From an uncultured Chloroflexia bacterium (GTDB lineage: Bacteria; Chloroflexota; Limnocylindria; Limnocylindrales; CSP1-4), in the NCBI GenBank assembly GCA_963842695.1, contig CAWJHK010000015.1:4834-68833 (forward strand): DNA of 64,000 bases. Direction: 5' to 3'. Shown here piece by piece: positions 37,359 through 50,571 of the stretch. The notes under the pieces were generated by a model. That model was not told where the DNA came from. It saw only the letters and a list, made by a program, of their open reading frames with translations, and made no database searches. How positions within the stretch are numbered: the stretch's first letter is position 1; the number at the start of each line of letters is the position of its first letter. Both the position numbers and the translations under genes were made by a program.

Positions 37359-37922
37359 TCAGGCCTCCTCGAGCGCGCGTTGCTCGCCGTCGTCGAGGAC
37401 GGGCAGGCCGGCCTCGTCGACCAGGAACGGACTCCCCTCCCCGACCCGCCAGCGACCGTCGTCGAGTCGCTCGACCCGGATCGCCGGAAGCCGCACGAGA
37501 CCGCCGTGGGTGCGGATCTCGACGGCGGCCACGTCCCGTGTCGACCCGGCGGCCGCGGCCCTCCACCGCCAGGCAAGCGCCGCTGCTGCGAGCGGCGAAC
37601 CCTCGACGAGCAAGGCATCGTCGGGCCCGAACGGCCAGCCCGCCACATGCCGGACGCCGCCCTCGCCCCGGGCCACGTGGTTGCCGTGGAGCGTGCCGTC
37701 GCTCTCGGGATGGAACGTCCACAACCCGTCGGCGCGGGCCAGCTCCAGGTGGCTGAAGCGGCCATCCGGATCGCTCTCGAACAGGAGCGCGTGACGTGTC
37801 GCCGACCCGCGGGCGACGACCTCACGCCAGCGGCGGCCGCGACGACCCTCGGCGACCGTCCAGGTCACCTCCGATCCGTCGGCCAGTCGACCCCAGCCGG
37901 CGACACGCGTCGGGGCGCTCAT
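37359..37922 (-). CDS. Hypothetical protein translationally coupled to hflX
   Basis: 187 aa. Its ATG overlaps the hflX stop (ATGA at 37919-37922). Trp/Arg/Gly-rich beta-like sequence; family not recognised. Confidence 0.5.
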   Translation of the reverse strand: MSAPTRVAGWGRLADGSEVTWTVAEGRRGRRWREVVARGSATRHALLFESDPDGRFSHLELARADGLWTFHPESDGTLHGNHVARGEGGVRHVAGWPFGPDDALLVEGSPLAAAALAWRWRAAAAGSTRDVAAVEIRTHGGLVRLPAIRVERLDDGRWRVGEGSPFLVDEAGLPVLDDGEQRALEEA

Positions 37923-39259
37923 CGCTCGGTGCTGGCCGCGGCCTCCACGGTCCCGGCGCGGTCGAGCTCGTCCGCCCAGCGGTCTGCGATGGCGAGCAGC
38001 TCTCCGGCCAGCGCCGGCGCGACGCGACCGGTCACGCGCACGTCGCGCTCGCGATAGTCGAGGTCCACCGCCCCGCGTTCGCGGACGCGGGCGAGGAGCT
38101 CACCGGCCGCATACGGGACGGCGGCGTCGACGTCGACCCAGAGCGAGGCGAGCAGGGCGGCGATCTCGGCCCGCAGCGTGTCCATGCCGAAGCCGGTCAG
38201 CGCGGACACGAAGACGCGGCCGCCGATCGCAGGCGCAGACAGGGTCGCGTCGCGCGCCGTGGGCTCGAGCAGGTCCGCCTTGTTGAACGCCAGCAGGCGC
38301 GGCTTGTCGCCGGCGCCGAGCTCATCGAGAACGGTCTGGACCGTCGCCCGGTGCTCCTCGAAGTGCCCGTCCGATGCGTCGACGACCTCGACCAGGACGT
38401 CGGCCCGGTTGACCTCCTCGAGGGTCGCCCGGAAGGCGTCGACGAGCTGGTGCGGGAGCTTGTGGATGAAGCCGACGGTGTCGGTGACGATCGCCGTCTG
38501 GCCGTCGCCGAGCTTGACCTGCCGGCTCGTCGGATCGAGCGTGGCGAACAGCTTGTCCTCGGCGTGGGCCACATCGGAGCCGACGAGGGCATTGAGCAGC
38601 GTCGACTTGCCGGCGTTCGTATAGCCGACGATCCCGACCGTCGGCCAGAGGCGCCGGTCACGCCCGCGGGCGGCGGTCTCGCGCTGCGTCCGCACCTGCT
38701 CGACGCGGTCCTTCATCTTCGCGATCCGCGTCCGGATGATCCGCCGGTCGGTCTCGAGCTGGCTCTCGCCGGGACCGCGCGAGCCGATCCCGCCCTGGGT
38801 CCGCGACAGGTGGGTCCACAGCCGTGTCAGGCGCGGAAGCTGGTACTCGAGCTGGGCCAGCTCGACCTGGAGGCGACCCTCATGCGTCTGCGCATGGAGC
38901 GCGAAGATGTCGAGGATGAGCCGGCTGCGATCGATGACCTTGACGTTGAGCAGCTCCTCGAGCGCCCGTTGCTGGGCGGGCGACAGCTCGTCGTCGGCTA
39001 CGAGCAGATCGAAGCCGGTCTCGCGCTTGGCCGCGACCAGGTCCTCTGCCTTGCCCTTGCCGACGTACCAGTTCGGATCGACGTGGCGGCGGTTCTGCCA
39101 CTCGGCGCCGACGACGTCCGCGCCGGCGGTCGTCGCGAGGTTGGCAAGCTCGGCGAGCGAGTCGGCGGCGGACCAGCCGTCCTCGGTGCCGGTGTCCACG
39201 GCGACGAGGAAGGCCCGCTCGATGGGCGCGGCAAGGTCGATCAGGTGGCGGGCGGTCAT
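37919..39259 (-). CDS. hflX: GTPase HflX
   Basis: HflX N-domain ..IDRSRLILDIFALHAQTHEGRLQVELAQLEYQLPRL.., G1 GYTNAGKST, G3 DTVGF and G4 NKAD. Confidence 0.95.
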   Translation of the reverse strand: MTARHLIDLAAPIERAFLVAVDTGTEDGWSAADSLAELANLATTAGADVVGAEWQNRRHVDPNWYVGKGKAEDLVAAKRETGFDLLVADDELSPAQQRALEELLNVKVIDRSRLILDIFALHAQTHEGRLQVELAQLEYQLPRLTRLWTHLSRTQGGIGSRGPGESQLETDRRIIRTRIAKMKDRVEQVRTQRETAARGRDRRLWPTVGIVGYTNAGKSTLLNALVGSDVAHAEDKLFATLDPTSRQVKLGDGQTAIVTDTVGFIHKLPHQLVDAFRATLEEVNRADVLVEVVDASDGHFEEHRATVQTVLDELGAGDKPRLLAFNKADLLEPTARDATLSAPAIGGRVFVSALTGFGMDTLRAEIAALLASLWVDVDAAVPYAAGELLARVRERGAVDLDYRERDVRVTGRVAPALAGELLAIADRWADELDRAGTVEAAASTER

Positions 39260-39438
39260 CGGTGACGTAGTGTAGTCGTTGGTGCCGCGGACGCCGGCTG
39301 GGACCCGGTTATGGACGGGCCGGTCGCCGGGTCTTCACGCCCGCGTCGAGCGCGTTGGTCGTTGCCGTGGGCAGTATCCTGTGAGCACGGAGGCCGCGTC
39401 CCGCGGACGGTCCGTCATCGATGGAGGGTTTGGAACAT

Positions 39439-40001
39439 ATGAATCGACCCATCGGCGTCACCCTGCTGGCGGTCGGCGCCGGCCTTGCCGGCCTGCTGGA
39501 AGTCTGGCGAATGCTGGTCTTCCTCGGAATCGCCAAATGGACGTTCATCGGCAAGGAAGTCTCCTTCCCCGACCCGCAGTGGGGCCAGGCGCTCTGGGCG
39601 CTCCTGATCGCCGCGATCTGGTTCTGGGTCGCCGCGGGCTTCTGGAACGTGCGGGCGTACGCCTACTCGTTCGGCGTCTTCATCTCGCTGTTCACGATGA
39701 TCTTCGGCTTCATGGCGCTGCTGTTCGGCTCCACGGTGGAGGCCGAGACGCTGCCGATCCTGATCGCCGTGATCATCTTCTTCTACCTCAATTACCCCGG
39801 CGTCCAGCAGCACTTCGTCCAGCACGAGCTGTCGCTGATGACCCCGGAGCAGCGCGCGGCATTCGACCAGATGCAGGCGGCCAACGCGGCGATGGCGCGA
39901 GCGTCCGCAACCGCGGCTTCGCCCGCCGCGACGCCTCCTCCGCCGGCGCCCCCGCCTCCACTCCTCCCCCGCCGGCCCCGCCGGCCAGCCCGAGCGCCTA
40001 G
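39439..40001 (+). pseudogene. Hypothetical membrane protein with Pro-rich tail, one frame break near 39955
   Basis: MNRPIGVTLLAVGAGLAGLLEVW.. has four TM segments. The proline-rich tail switches frame within C-runs, to ..TPPPPAPPASPSA* (TAG 39999-40001, frame of ORF 39279..40001). GGAGGG Shine-Dalgarno 9 nt before the ATG at 39439. Confidence 0.6.
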
Positions 40002-40046
40002 CGCTTGCCCGGTCCCGCCCTCGGCGGGATCGCAGTCCGCTGCCCA

Positions 40047-40079
40047 ACGAGACCGACCGGCCCGACCGGTCGGTCTCGT
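40047..40079. terminator. Perfect 14-bp stem / 5-nt loop hairpin between convergent genes (bidirectional terminator candidate)
   Basis: ACGAGACCGACCGG-cccga-CCGGTCGGTCTCGT abuts the miaA stop codon. A smaller hairpin, CCCGCC-ctc-GGCGGG, lies at 40014-40028. Confidence 0.6.
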
Positions 40080-41038
40080 CACGTCTGCCTCTCTCCGCTG
40101 GGGCCCGGCCGGTCGAGGATCGCTCGCGCTCGATCGAGGGCGGCCATGAGCGGATCGGTCGTCGTGACGTCCAGCCACTCGATCTCCGGCTCCGACCGGA
40201 ACCAGGTCCGCTGCCTGCGCGCGAAGCCGACGTTCCGGCGGGCGTCGAGCTCGATCGCCTGCTCGGTGGTGACCTCGCCGTCGAGGACGGCCCAGGCCTC
40301 GCGGTAGCCGATCGCCGAGAACGGGCGGAGTGATGGGTCGTACCGCTCCCGGAGCGCGCGCGCCTCCTCGATCAGGCCGGCGTCGAACTGCTGCCGGGCG
40401 CGTGCCGCGATGCGTGAGCGATGCGTGGCGGTATCGAGCGTGAGACCGAGCCAGGTCACCCGTCCGTCGTAGCCGCGAGCCGGCGGTGGCGGCGCGTCGC
40501 CCGCCAGCTCGGCGATCTCGAGGGCGCGGACGACCCGGCGCGGGTTGTGGAGATCGAGCCGGTCGGCGGCAGCCGGTGCCACCTGGCGGAGGCGTGCCAC
40601 GAGCGGCGGGAGCCCGTCCGCCCGGAGCTCCGCCTCGAGGCGCGCCCGGACGGCCGGGTCGCTCGGCAGCGCGTCGGTGTCGAGCCCGGCGGCCACGGCC
40701 CGCAGGTACAGACCCGTCCCGCCGGCCAGGATCGCCACGCCGTCGGTCGCGGCCAGCCCGGCGAGGACGGCTCGCGCGTGGGTCGCGAAGTCGGCGACGC
40801 TGAACGGCTCGTCCGGATCGACGAGGTCGAGGCCGTGGTGCGGGACGCGCGCCCGGTCTGCGGCGCTGACCTTGGCCGTGCCGATGTCGAGCCCGCGGTA
40901 GACCTGCCGGGAGTCGGCCGAGATGATCGCCACGGGCCGTCCGTCCGCCGCGAGCCCCTCGGCGAGCCGGATGGCCAGGTCGGTCTTGCCGGTCGCCGTC
41001 GCACCGGCGACGACGATCAACGGCGGCTGCGGGCTCAT
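40079..41038 (-). CDS. miaA: tRNA dimethylallyltransferase
   Basis: P-loop AGATATGKTDLA, ..ISADSRQVYRGLDIGTAK.. and ..GGTGLYLRA... Confidence 0.95.
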   Translation of the reverse strand: MSPQPPLIVVAGATATGKTDLAIRLAEGLAADGRPVAIISADSRQVYRGLDIGTAKVSAADRARVPHHGLDLVDPDEPFSVADFATHARAVLAGLAATDGVAILAGGTGLYLRAVAAGLDTDALPSDPAVRARLEAELRADGLPPLVARLRQVAPAAADRLDLHNPRRVVRALEIAELAGDAPPPPARGYDGRVTWLGLTLDTATHRSRIAARARQQFDAGLIEEARALRERYDPSLRPFSAIGYREAWAVLDGEVTTEQAIELDARRNVGFARRQRTWFRSEPEIEWLDVTTTDPLMAALDRARAILDRPGPSGERQT

Positions 41039-41089
41039 GCGACGGCCGTCAGGCGCCGGTCGGTGTGGCGCCGGCGGGTGCGGCGCCGG

Positions 41090-42760
41090 TCATGCGCCGA
41101 CGAGCGTGCCCCGGAGCGCGTACGGACCCGCGTGCTCGATGCGGACTGCAACCGTTCGTCCGACGAGGGCCGGGTCGCCTGCCAGGTGGACGAGCTTGTT
41201 CCCGCGGCTGCGGCCCGACAGCCGGCTCCCGGGCGTGGCGACCAGCCCGTCCTCGGGCGCGGTTCCCGGCCCCGCTTCGCGGTCCGCGTGATCGTGGGGC
41301 CGGCCGGGATCCTTCGCGTCGACCAGCACCTCGACCTCGCGGCCCAGCCAGGCCTCGTTCCGCTCGAGACCGATCGCCTCCTGGATGGCGAGCAGGGTGT
41401 TGAGCCGGCGTCGCTTGTCGGCCGCAGGAACGTCGTCGGCGAGCCGGGTCGCCGGCGTCCCAGGTCGGGGCGAGTAGGCCGCTGCGAAGACCTGGTCGTA
41501 GCGGACCCGCGCGAGCAGCTCGAGGGTCTCCTCGAACTGGGCCTCGGTCTCGCCGCAGAACCCGACGATGACGTCGGTCGAGACGGTGATCCCGGGCACG
41601 GCGTCACGGATCTTGTCGAGGCGCTCGAGGTAGTGCTCGATCGTGTACTGGCGGCCCATCCGCCGGAGCACCGCGTCGGAGCCGGACTGGACCGGCAGGT
41701 GGAGGTGCTCGCACACGGAGTCGCAGCCGGCGAGCGCCGCGATCAGGCGATCGGACAGGTCCCACGGATGCGATGTGACGAACCGCAGGCGGCCGATCGC
41801 CGGCCGGCCGTCGGCGGTGCGGAGCGCGTCGATCGCCCGGATCAGCTCCGCCAGGTCGGGCCGTCCCTCGAGATCGAGCCGGCGGCCGGCCCACCGCGCC
41901 CCGCCGACGTGCCCGAACCGCGGCTCCGGCGGCAGATCGTGACCGTACGAGTTGACGTTCTGGCCGAGCAGGGTGACCTCGCGATATCCGGCGGCGGCGA
42001 GCGACCGTGCCTCCGCGACGATCTCGTCGAACGGGCGGCTCCGTTCCGGCCCCCGGCTGAACGGCACGATGCAGTAGGTGCACGTCTTGTCGCAGCCGTA
42101 GATGATCGGCAGCCACGCGGCGATGGCCGAGCCGCGCGCGATCGTCCCCTCCCCGACCGCCAGGGCCCGGGTGTCCGCCAGGTGGTCGGCGACGCCGACG
42201 ACGGCCCGCCCGACCGTCGTGAGCGCCCCGGTCGTGCCGATCGCCCCGATCGGTGCCTGCGCCGAGGCGAGCCCGAGACGGTCGACGAGCTCGGGCTCCT
42301 CGTCGGGGCGAAGGAAGAGGTCGACCGCCGGATATCGGCGACGGAGGCCACCGCGGTCCGGCTCCCGCACCGAGCAACCGGTCAGCACGACCCGCATCGC
42401 CGGGTTGGCGGCCTTCAGCCTGGCCAGGTGGCCCTGCCGCCCGATGACCTTCTGCTCGGCTCCCTCGCGGATCGCGCAGGTGTTGATGACGACCAGGTCC
42501 GCGTCGTCCAGCGTGGGCGCCTCCTCGCAGCCTGCTCGCAGCAGCCGGCCGGCCATCTCCTCCGAGTCGCTCCGGTTCATCTGGCAGCCCAGCGTCCAGA
42601 CGTGGAAGCGCGGCAGGGTCCGGGCGTCCGGCACGTACTCGGCGAGCCGGGCGTCGTCCGGCGCCGACGGGACGCGAGGCCCGCTCGAGGCGGCGCGCAC
42701 CGCGGCGTCGACGACGTCGAGGACAGGCAGCGCGCGCGAGCTGAGGCGAACGTCGGTCAC
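41090..42760 (-). CDS. miaB: tRNA-i6A37 methylthiotransferase
   Basis: UPF0004 domain FHVWTLGCQMN, radical-SAM CDKTCTYCIVP, and a TRAM domain at the C-terminus. Start uncertain (GTG 42760 chosen inside the 798-aa ORF). Confidence 0.95.
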   Translation of the reverse strand: MTDVRLSSRALPVLDVVDAAVRAASSGPRVPSAPDDARLAEYVPDARTLPRFHVWTLGCQMNRSDSEEMAGRLLRAGCEEAPTLDDADLVVINTCAIREGAEQKVIGRQGHLARLKAANPAMRVVLTGCSVREPDRGGLRRRYPAVDLFLRPDEEPELVDRLGLASAQAPIGAIGTTGALTTVGRAVVGVADHLADTRALAVGEGTIARGSAIAAWLPIIYGCDKTCTYCIVPFSRGPERSRPFDEIVAEARSLAAAGYREVTLLGQNVNSYGHDLPPEPRFGHVGGARWAGRRLDLEGRPDLAELIRAIDALRTADGRPAIGRLRFVTSHPWDLSDRLIAALAGCDSVCEHLHLPVQSGSDAVLRRMGRQYTIEHYLERLDKIRDAVPGITVSTDVIVGFCGETEAQFEETLELLARVRYDQVFAAAYSPRPGTPATRLADDVPAADKRRRLNTLLAIQEAIGLERNEAWLGREVEVLVDAKDPGRPHDHADREAGPGTAPEDGLVATPGSRLSGRSRGNKLVHLAGDPALVGRTVAVRIEHAGPYALRGTLVGA

Positions 42761-42841
42761 GGTCGGGCCATGGTACGCCGGGTCCCGCCCGTCATCAGCG
42801 GCCGGGCCGGGAAGGCGGCCCGACCCGGTATCCTCGAACCC

Positions 42842-43601
<760 letters not shown>

Positions 43602-43606
43602 CCCGG

Positions 43607-44578
43607 TCAGGCCGCCCCGCTCGAGCGCTCGGCGACGCCTCGTGACGCATCGGATGATGCTTCGGAGATGGCCCGGAGGAGCCGCGGCCCGACTTCGGGC
43701 GGGACCCACAGCAGGGAGTGCGCCTCGGCATAAGGCCCGAGGTCACCGTGGTAGTCGGTGCCGCCGGTCGGGATGAGGTCGAGCGCGATCGCGACGTCGC
43801 GGACGGCCGTCACGGTCTCGGTGTCGAACGACCGGTAGTAGACCTCGAGGCCACCGAGACCGCCCTCCGCGAGCTCGCGCACGACCTCGATGCGGGCGGG
43901 CGCCTCGGCGAAATGGGCCAGGACCGGGAGACCGCCGGCCGACCGGATGGACTCGATGGCCTCGAGCGGATCGAGCCCGGTCCGCGGGATGTAGCCCGGC
44001 TGCCCCCAGGCGAGGTACCGGTTGAAGGCGTCCTCGACGCTCTCGGCGTGGCCGGCACCGATGAGCGCTCGGGCGACGGTCGGCCGGCCGAGCGCGTCCT
44101 CGTCCGAGCCGGTCAGGTCGGCCAGCTGGTCGTCGATCGGGTAGCCGAGCTCGCGCAGCCGGGCCACCGTCCGGTCGAACCGCTCGCGACGACGATCGCG
44201 CTGTGCGGCGAGGGTCGCCTCGAAGGCCGCATCGTCGGGGTCCATCCCGAAGCCGAGGATGTGGAGCTCGCCCTCCCACAACCCGAGATCGCGGGTGACG
44301 ATGGCGTTGATCTCGACGCCAGGAACGAGGTCCAGGCCGGCTGGGACGGCACCGGCCGCGATCACCTCGCGGTAGCCGGCCAGCGTGTCGTGGTCGGTCA
44401 GCGCCAGCAGCCGGACGCCGGCGGCGGCCGCGTCGGCGACGAGGGCCGCCGGGGCGACGATCCCGTCGGACCGGGTCGTATGGGTGTGGAGGTCGATCGT
44501 CGACGGGCTGGGTGGGACGACGCGCCCGGGTCCCGCCGGAGGCAGCGGGTCGTGGCGGCTCTTGCTCGACCGCGTCAC
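43607..44578 (-). CDS. PHP-domain phosphoesterase (TrpH/YciV-like)
   Basis: IDLHTHTTRSDG..LALTDHDT..GVEI..HILGFG..VLAHF..GTDYHG. GTG at 44578 overlaps the ymdB stop (GTGA). Confidence 0.85.
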   Translation of the reverse strand: MTRSSKSRHDPLPPAGPGRVVPPSPSTIDLHTHTTRSDGIVAPAALVADAAAAGVRLLALTDHDTLAGYREVIAAGAVPAGLDLVPGVEINAIVTRDLGLWEGELHILGFGMDPDDAAFEATLAAQRDRRRERFDRTVARLRELGYPIDDQLADLTGSDEDALGRPTVARALIGAGHAESVEDAFNRYLAWGQPGYIPRTGLDPLEAIESIRSAGGLPVLAHFAEAPARIEVVRELAEGGLGGLEVYYRSFDTETVTAVRDVAIALDLIPTGGTDYHGDLGPYAEAHSLLWVPPEVGPRLLRAISEASSDASRGVAERSSGAA

Positions 44579-45362
44579 GGCTCGACCAGCCGCTGGATCC
44601 GCTCGATGGCGAGGGCGCGGCCGGTGGCCGGGTCGATGTCGACCTGGACGGCGTTGAAGATCACCGACCCCTCGCCGACCTCGAACCGTGTCGGCAGGGC
44701 GTTGATGAAGCGGGGCAGCACGGTCCGCGGCTCGAAGCCGATGACGCTCCAGACCGGCCCGGTCATGCCGATGTCGGTCTGGTAGGCGGTGCCGTTGGGC
44801 AGGATCCGCTCGTCGCCGGTGACGACGTGGGTGTGCGTCCCGACGACGACGCTGACGCGACCGTCGAGGTACAGCCCGAGCGCGTTCTTCTCCGACGTCA
44901 GCTCGCAGTGGAAGTCGACGAGGCGAACGGGCGGCAGCGGCTCGGACGACTCCTCGAGCAGCCGGTCGGCATCGGTGAACGGATTCTCGATCTGGGGCAT
45001 GTACGTGCGGCCCTGGAGGTTGATGACCGCGACGTCGGTCCCGTCGAGCGCCTGGTAGGAGCCCCAGCCGCGACCCGGGACCTCGTGCGTGCCGTAGTTG
45101 AGCGGCCGCAGGACGCGATCGTTGGCCTCGAGGTACGGGATAGATCTCGCGCTTGTCCCAGATGTGGTTGCCGGACGTGATGACGTCGACGCCGGCCGCC
45201 AGGATCGCGTCCGCGGTCGACGGGGTGAGGCCCATGCCCGCCCGCCACGTTCTCGCCGTTGGCGGTCACGAAGTCGATGCCGCGCTCGTCGCGCAGGCCG
45301 GGCAGGATCGACTCGATCGTGATCCGGCCGGGCTTGCCGATCAGGTCGCCGATCATCAGCAC
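44575..45362 (-). pseudogene. ymdB: YmdB-family metallophosphoesterase (TIGR00282-like), frame breaks near 45237 and 45140
   Basis: The sequence runs VLMIGDLIGKPGRITIESILPGLRDERGIDFVTANGENVAGG, then MGLTPSTADAILAAGVDVITSGNHIWDKREIYP, then YLEANDRVLRPLNYG..VGTHTHVVTGDERILPNGTAYQTDIGMTG... These pieces lie in three frames. Confidence 0.85.
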
Positions 45363-45458
45363 GCGGCACGCGCCGGGCGGCCGCGGCGCGTTGCCGTTCG
45401 GCGCGTTGCCGAGGCTCGTCCGGCCGATTGACGCGGACGCGGGCGGGCCCGTCGGTCC

Positions 45459-46994
45459 CTACTTCGCGTACTCCACGGCCCGCGTCTCGCGGATGACCGT
45501 CACCTTGATCTGACCCGGGTAGGTCAGCTGCTCCTCGATCTTCTTGACGATGTCGCGAGCCAGCCGGCTGGCCGTCAGGTCGTCGATCTCCTCGGGCCGG
45601 ACGAGGATCCGCACCTCGCGGCCGGCCTGGACGGCGAACGAGCGGTCGACGCCGCCGAAGCTCTCGGCGATCGCCTGGAGGTCCTCGAGCCGCTTGACGT
45701 ACGTGTCCATCGACTCGCCGCGGGCGCCCGGTCGCGACGCGCTGATCGCGTCGGCGATCTGGACGATCGGTGCCTCGAGGCAGGTGTACTCGACCTCCTG
45801 GTGGTGCGCCGCGATGGCGTTGATCGACCTTGGGCGACAGATCGTGGCGCTGGGCGATGGTGCGCCGATCGCGGCGTGCGGGCCCTCGACCTCGTGGTCG
45901 ACGGCCTTGCCGATGTCGTGGAGCAGGCCGCCCATCTTGGCGACCTGGACGTCGGCGCCGATCTCGGCCGCGATGACCGCCGCGAGGTGGCTCGTCTCGA
46001 CGACGTGGTTGAGCACGTTCTGGCCGTAGCTCGTCCGGAACTTGAGCCGGCCGAGCGTCTTGATGATCTCGGCCGGCAGGCCCGGCACGCCGGCCTCGTA
46101 GGCGGCCTGCTCGCCCGCCTGGCGCATGATCGTGTCGACCTCGGCGCGCGCCTTGGCGACGACCTCCTCGATGCGACCCGGGTGGATCCGGCCGTCGGCG
46201 ATGAGCTTGGTGATGGCCAGGCGGGCGATCTCGCGGCGGACCGGGTCGAAGCCGCGACAGGATCGACGGTCTCCGGGCGTGTCGTCGATGATCAGGTCGA
46301 TCCCGGTCGCCTGCTCGAGCGCCCGGATGTTGCGGCCCTCGCGGCCGATGATCCGGCCCTTCATCTCGTCGGACGGCAGGTGCACGACCGAGACCGTGTG
46401 CTCGGCGGTGTGGTCCGCGGCCACGCGCTGGATGGCGGTGATCACGATGTCGCGGGCACGGTCCTGGGCGTCCTCGCGGGCCGAGCGCTCGATCGCCCGG
46501 GCGATCTTGACCGCGTCGTGCTCGGCCTCCTCGCGGACGGCTTCGATCAGCAGGTTCTTGGCGTCGTCCGCGGAGAGGTTGGCGACGCGTTCGAGCGCGG
46601 CGACCTGCTCGGCGGTGCGCGCGGGCCAGCTCCTCGCGGGTCTTGTCGAGCTCACGCTCGCGGTCGAGGAGCTTGCGGTCGCGCTGCTCGAGCATGTCGG
46701 TGCGCTGGTCGAGCTGCTCGTCGCGCTGGAGCAGCCGGCGTCTCGAGGCCGGACAGCTCCGCCGCTTCGGGCGCGCGCCTCCTCCTCCGCTTCGCGCTGC
46801 ATGCGCAGCTTCTCGTCCTTGGCCTCGAGGATCAGCTCCTTCTGGCGGGTGCGGGCCTCGGCCTCGATGCGGCGCGCTTCGGCGGTCGCCGCCTTCATCG
46901 ACTGGGAGGCCCACACGCTGCGCAGGAGTACGCCGAGGACGACACCGCCGACGGCGGCCACGACGGCCACCGCCAGGAGCGACAGGGGTTCCAT
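45459..46994 (-). pseudogene. rny: Ribonuclease Y, at least 5 locally compensated frame breaks
   Basis: N-terminal TM, KH domain ([25 protein letters not shown]) and HD domain ([29 protein letters not shown]). The coiled-coil part [48 protein letters not shown] and the segment [12 protein letters not shown] read only in other frames (about 46770, 46745, 46625, 45878, 45838). Confidence 0.9.
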
Positions 46995-47235
46995 ATTCGG
47001 GTCCTCCCGTCCGGCCGATCGTGGGCCGGACGTGCGTGATGCGATGGACGGCTCGCTCGCACGTCGGGTTGGGCGATCGTACGGATCGTGGAATACGGGT
47101 TCCTCGTGGGCTGCGATCGAGCCGCGTTCGGTGTCCGCGCCGACGATGAGCGGCGCGACGATGATCTGGTGCGTAGCCTACGGCCGGCCCCCCGGAGGGT
47201 CAACCGAGGCGACAACCGTCCGGCACCCGGGCCGT

Positions 47236-47817
47236 CAATCGTCGTCGAGCGCAGCCTCGTCGTCGGTGACCCGGGCGGCAACGATGCGGCACACCTCCGG
47301 ATCGAACCCGTTGCGGGCCAGCAACGCGTAGGCTCGCTGCCGCCGCTGGCGCGGGTCCTATCACGCGGGCCAGGCTGCGCGCGTTGCGGGCCACGAGTCG
47401 CTCGGCGGCGGCCTCGTCGGCCGAGATGGTCGGGTCGCCGTCGGGCTCGGCGTGTCCGCAGCCGCCTCCCGCCGTTCGGCGAGGACGAGGTCGACCGTCG
47501 AGCGGTCGACACCCTTCAGCCCGAGCTCCTGGCGGATCGCACGCTCGCCCCGCGGCCGGGCTCGATCGCGGGATTCGACCCACATCCGGGCGAAGGCCTC
47601 GTCGTCGAGGATCCCGAGCTCGAGGAGCCGCTCGACGGCCCCCTCGACCAGGTCGGCGCGGTAGCCGGCTGTCGTCAGGCGCCGCCGCACCTCGGCGACG
47701 GACCGGGGACGTGCCTCGAGAAACCGAGCCGCCGCCTCGAGCACGACGGCAGGGTCGTCGACGGCTCCACGGCGTCTCACGGCGCTCGGCGAACGTCTCC
47801 CGGCGAGCGCCGACCAC
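47236..47817 (-). pseudogene. recX: Recombination regulator RecX, about 3 frame breaks
   Basis: ..[72 protein letters not shown].. is followed by ..[22 protein letters not shown].. and ..DPRQRRQRAYALLARNGFDPEVCRIVAARV..* in other frames. Breaks lie near 47775, 47440 and 47345. The start is uncertain. Confidence 0.75.
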
Positions 47818-47842
47818 GCTGATCGGACCCTCGTGCCGGTGC

Positions 47843-48899
<1,057 letters not shown>

Positions 48900-48974
48900 C
48901 GGTCCGTCACGCTCCTCATCCGATCCGTACCGGTGGACCGGCGGAGCGCGCCATCGGCGACGTCTGCCGGTCGA

Positions 48975-49140
48975 TCAGCCTTCCTCCGCCTCGTCCTCGA
49001 CGACGTGGCGTTCCTTGCGCGGCTTGCGGATCACCTCGACGTTCTGCGGAGGCTCCGACAGCGGCGAGAGGCTCGGGTTGGGCGGTCTTCGCCTTCGGCT
49101 TCTTCTTGGCCTCCTTGTGGGGCCGATCTCGAGAGCCCAT
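48975..49140 (-). pseudogene. Small charged hypothetical protein (~55 aa), one frame break near 49075
   Basis: GGAGG Shine-Dalgarno 7 nt before the ATG at 49140. MGSRDRPHKEAKKKPKAKTA joins ..NPSLSPLSEPPQNVEVIRKPRKERHVVEDEAEEG* (frame of ORF 48975..49211). Confidence 0.4.
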
Positions 49141-49182
49141 CGCTTCGCCTCCGCGTCGTCCTGCAGCCTATCGAACGAGCCT

Positions 49183-50570
<1,388 letters not shown>

Positions 50571-50571
<1 letters not shown>

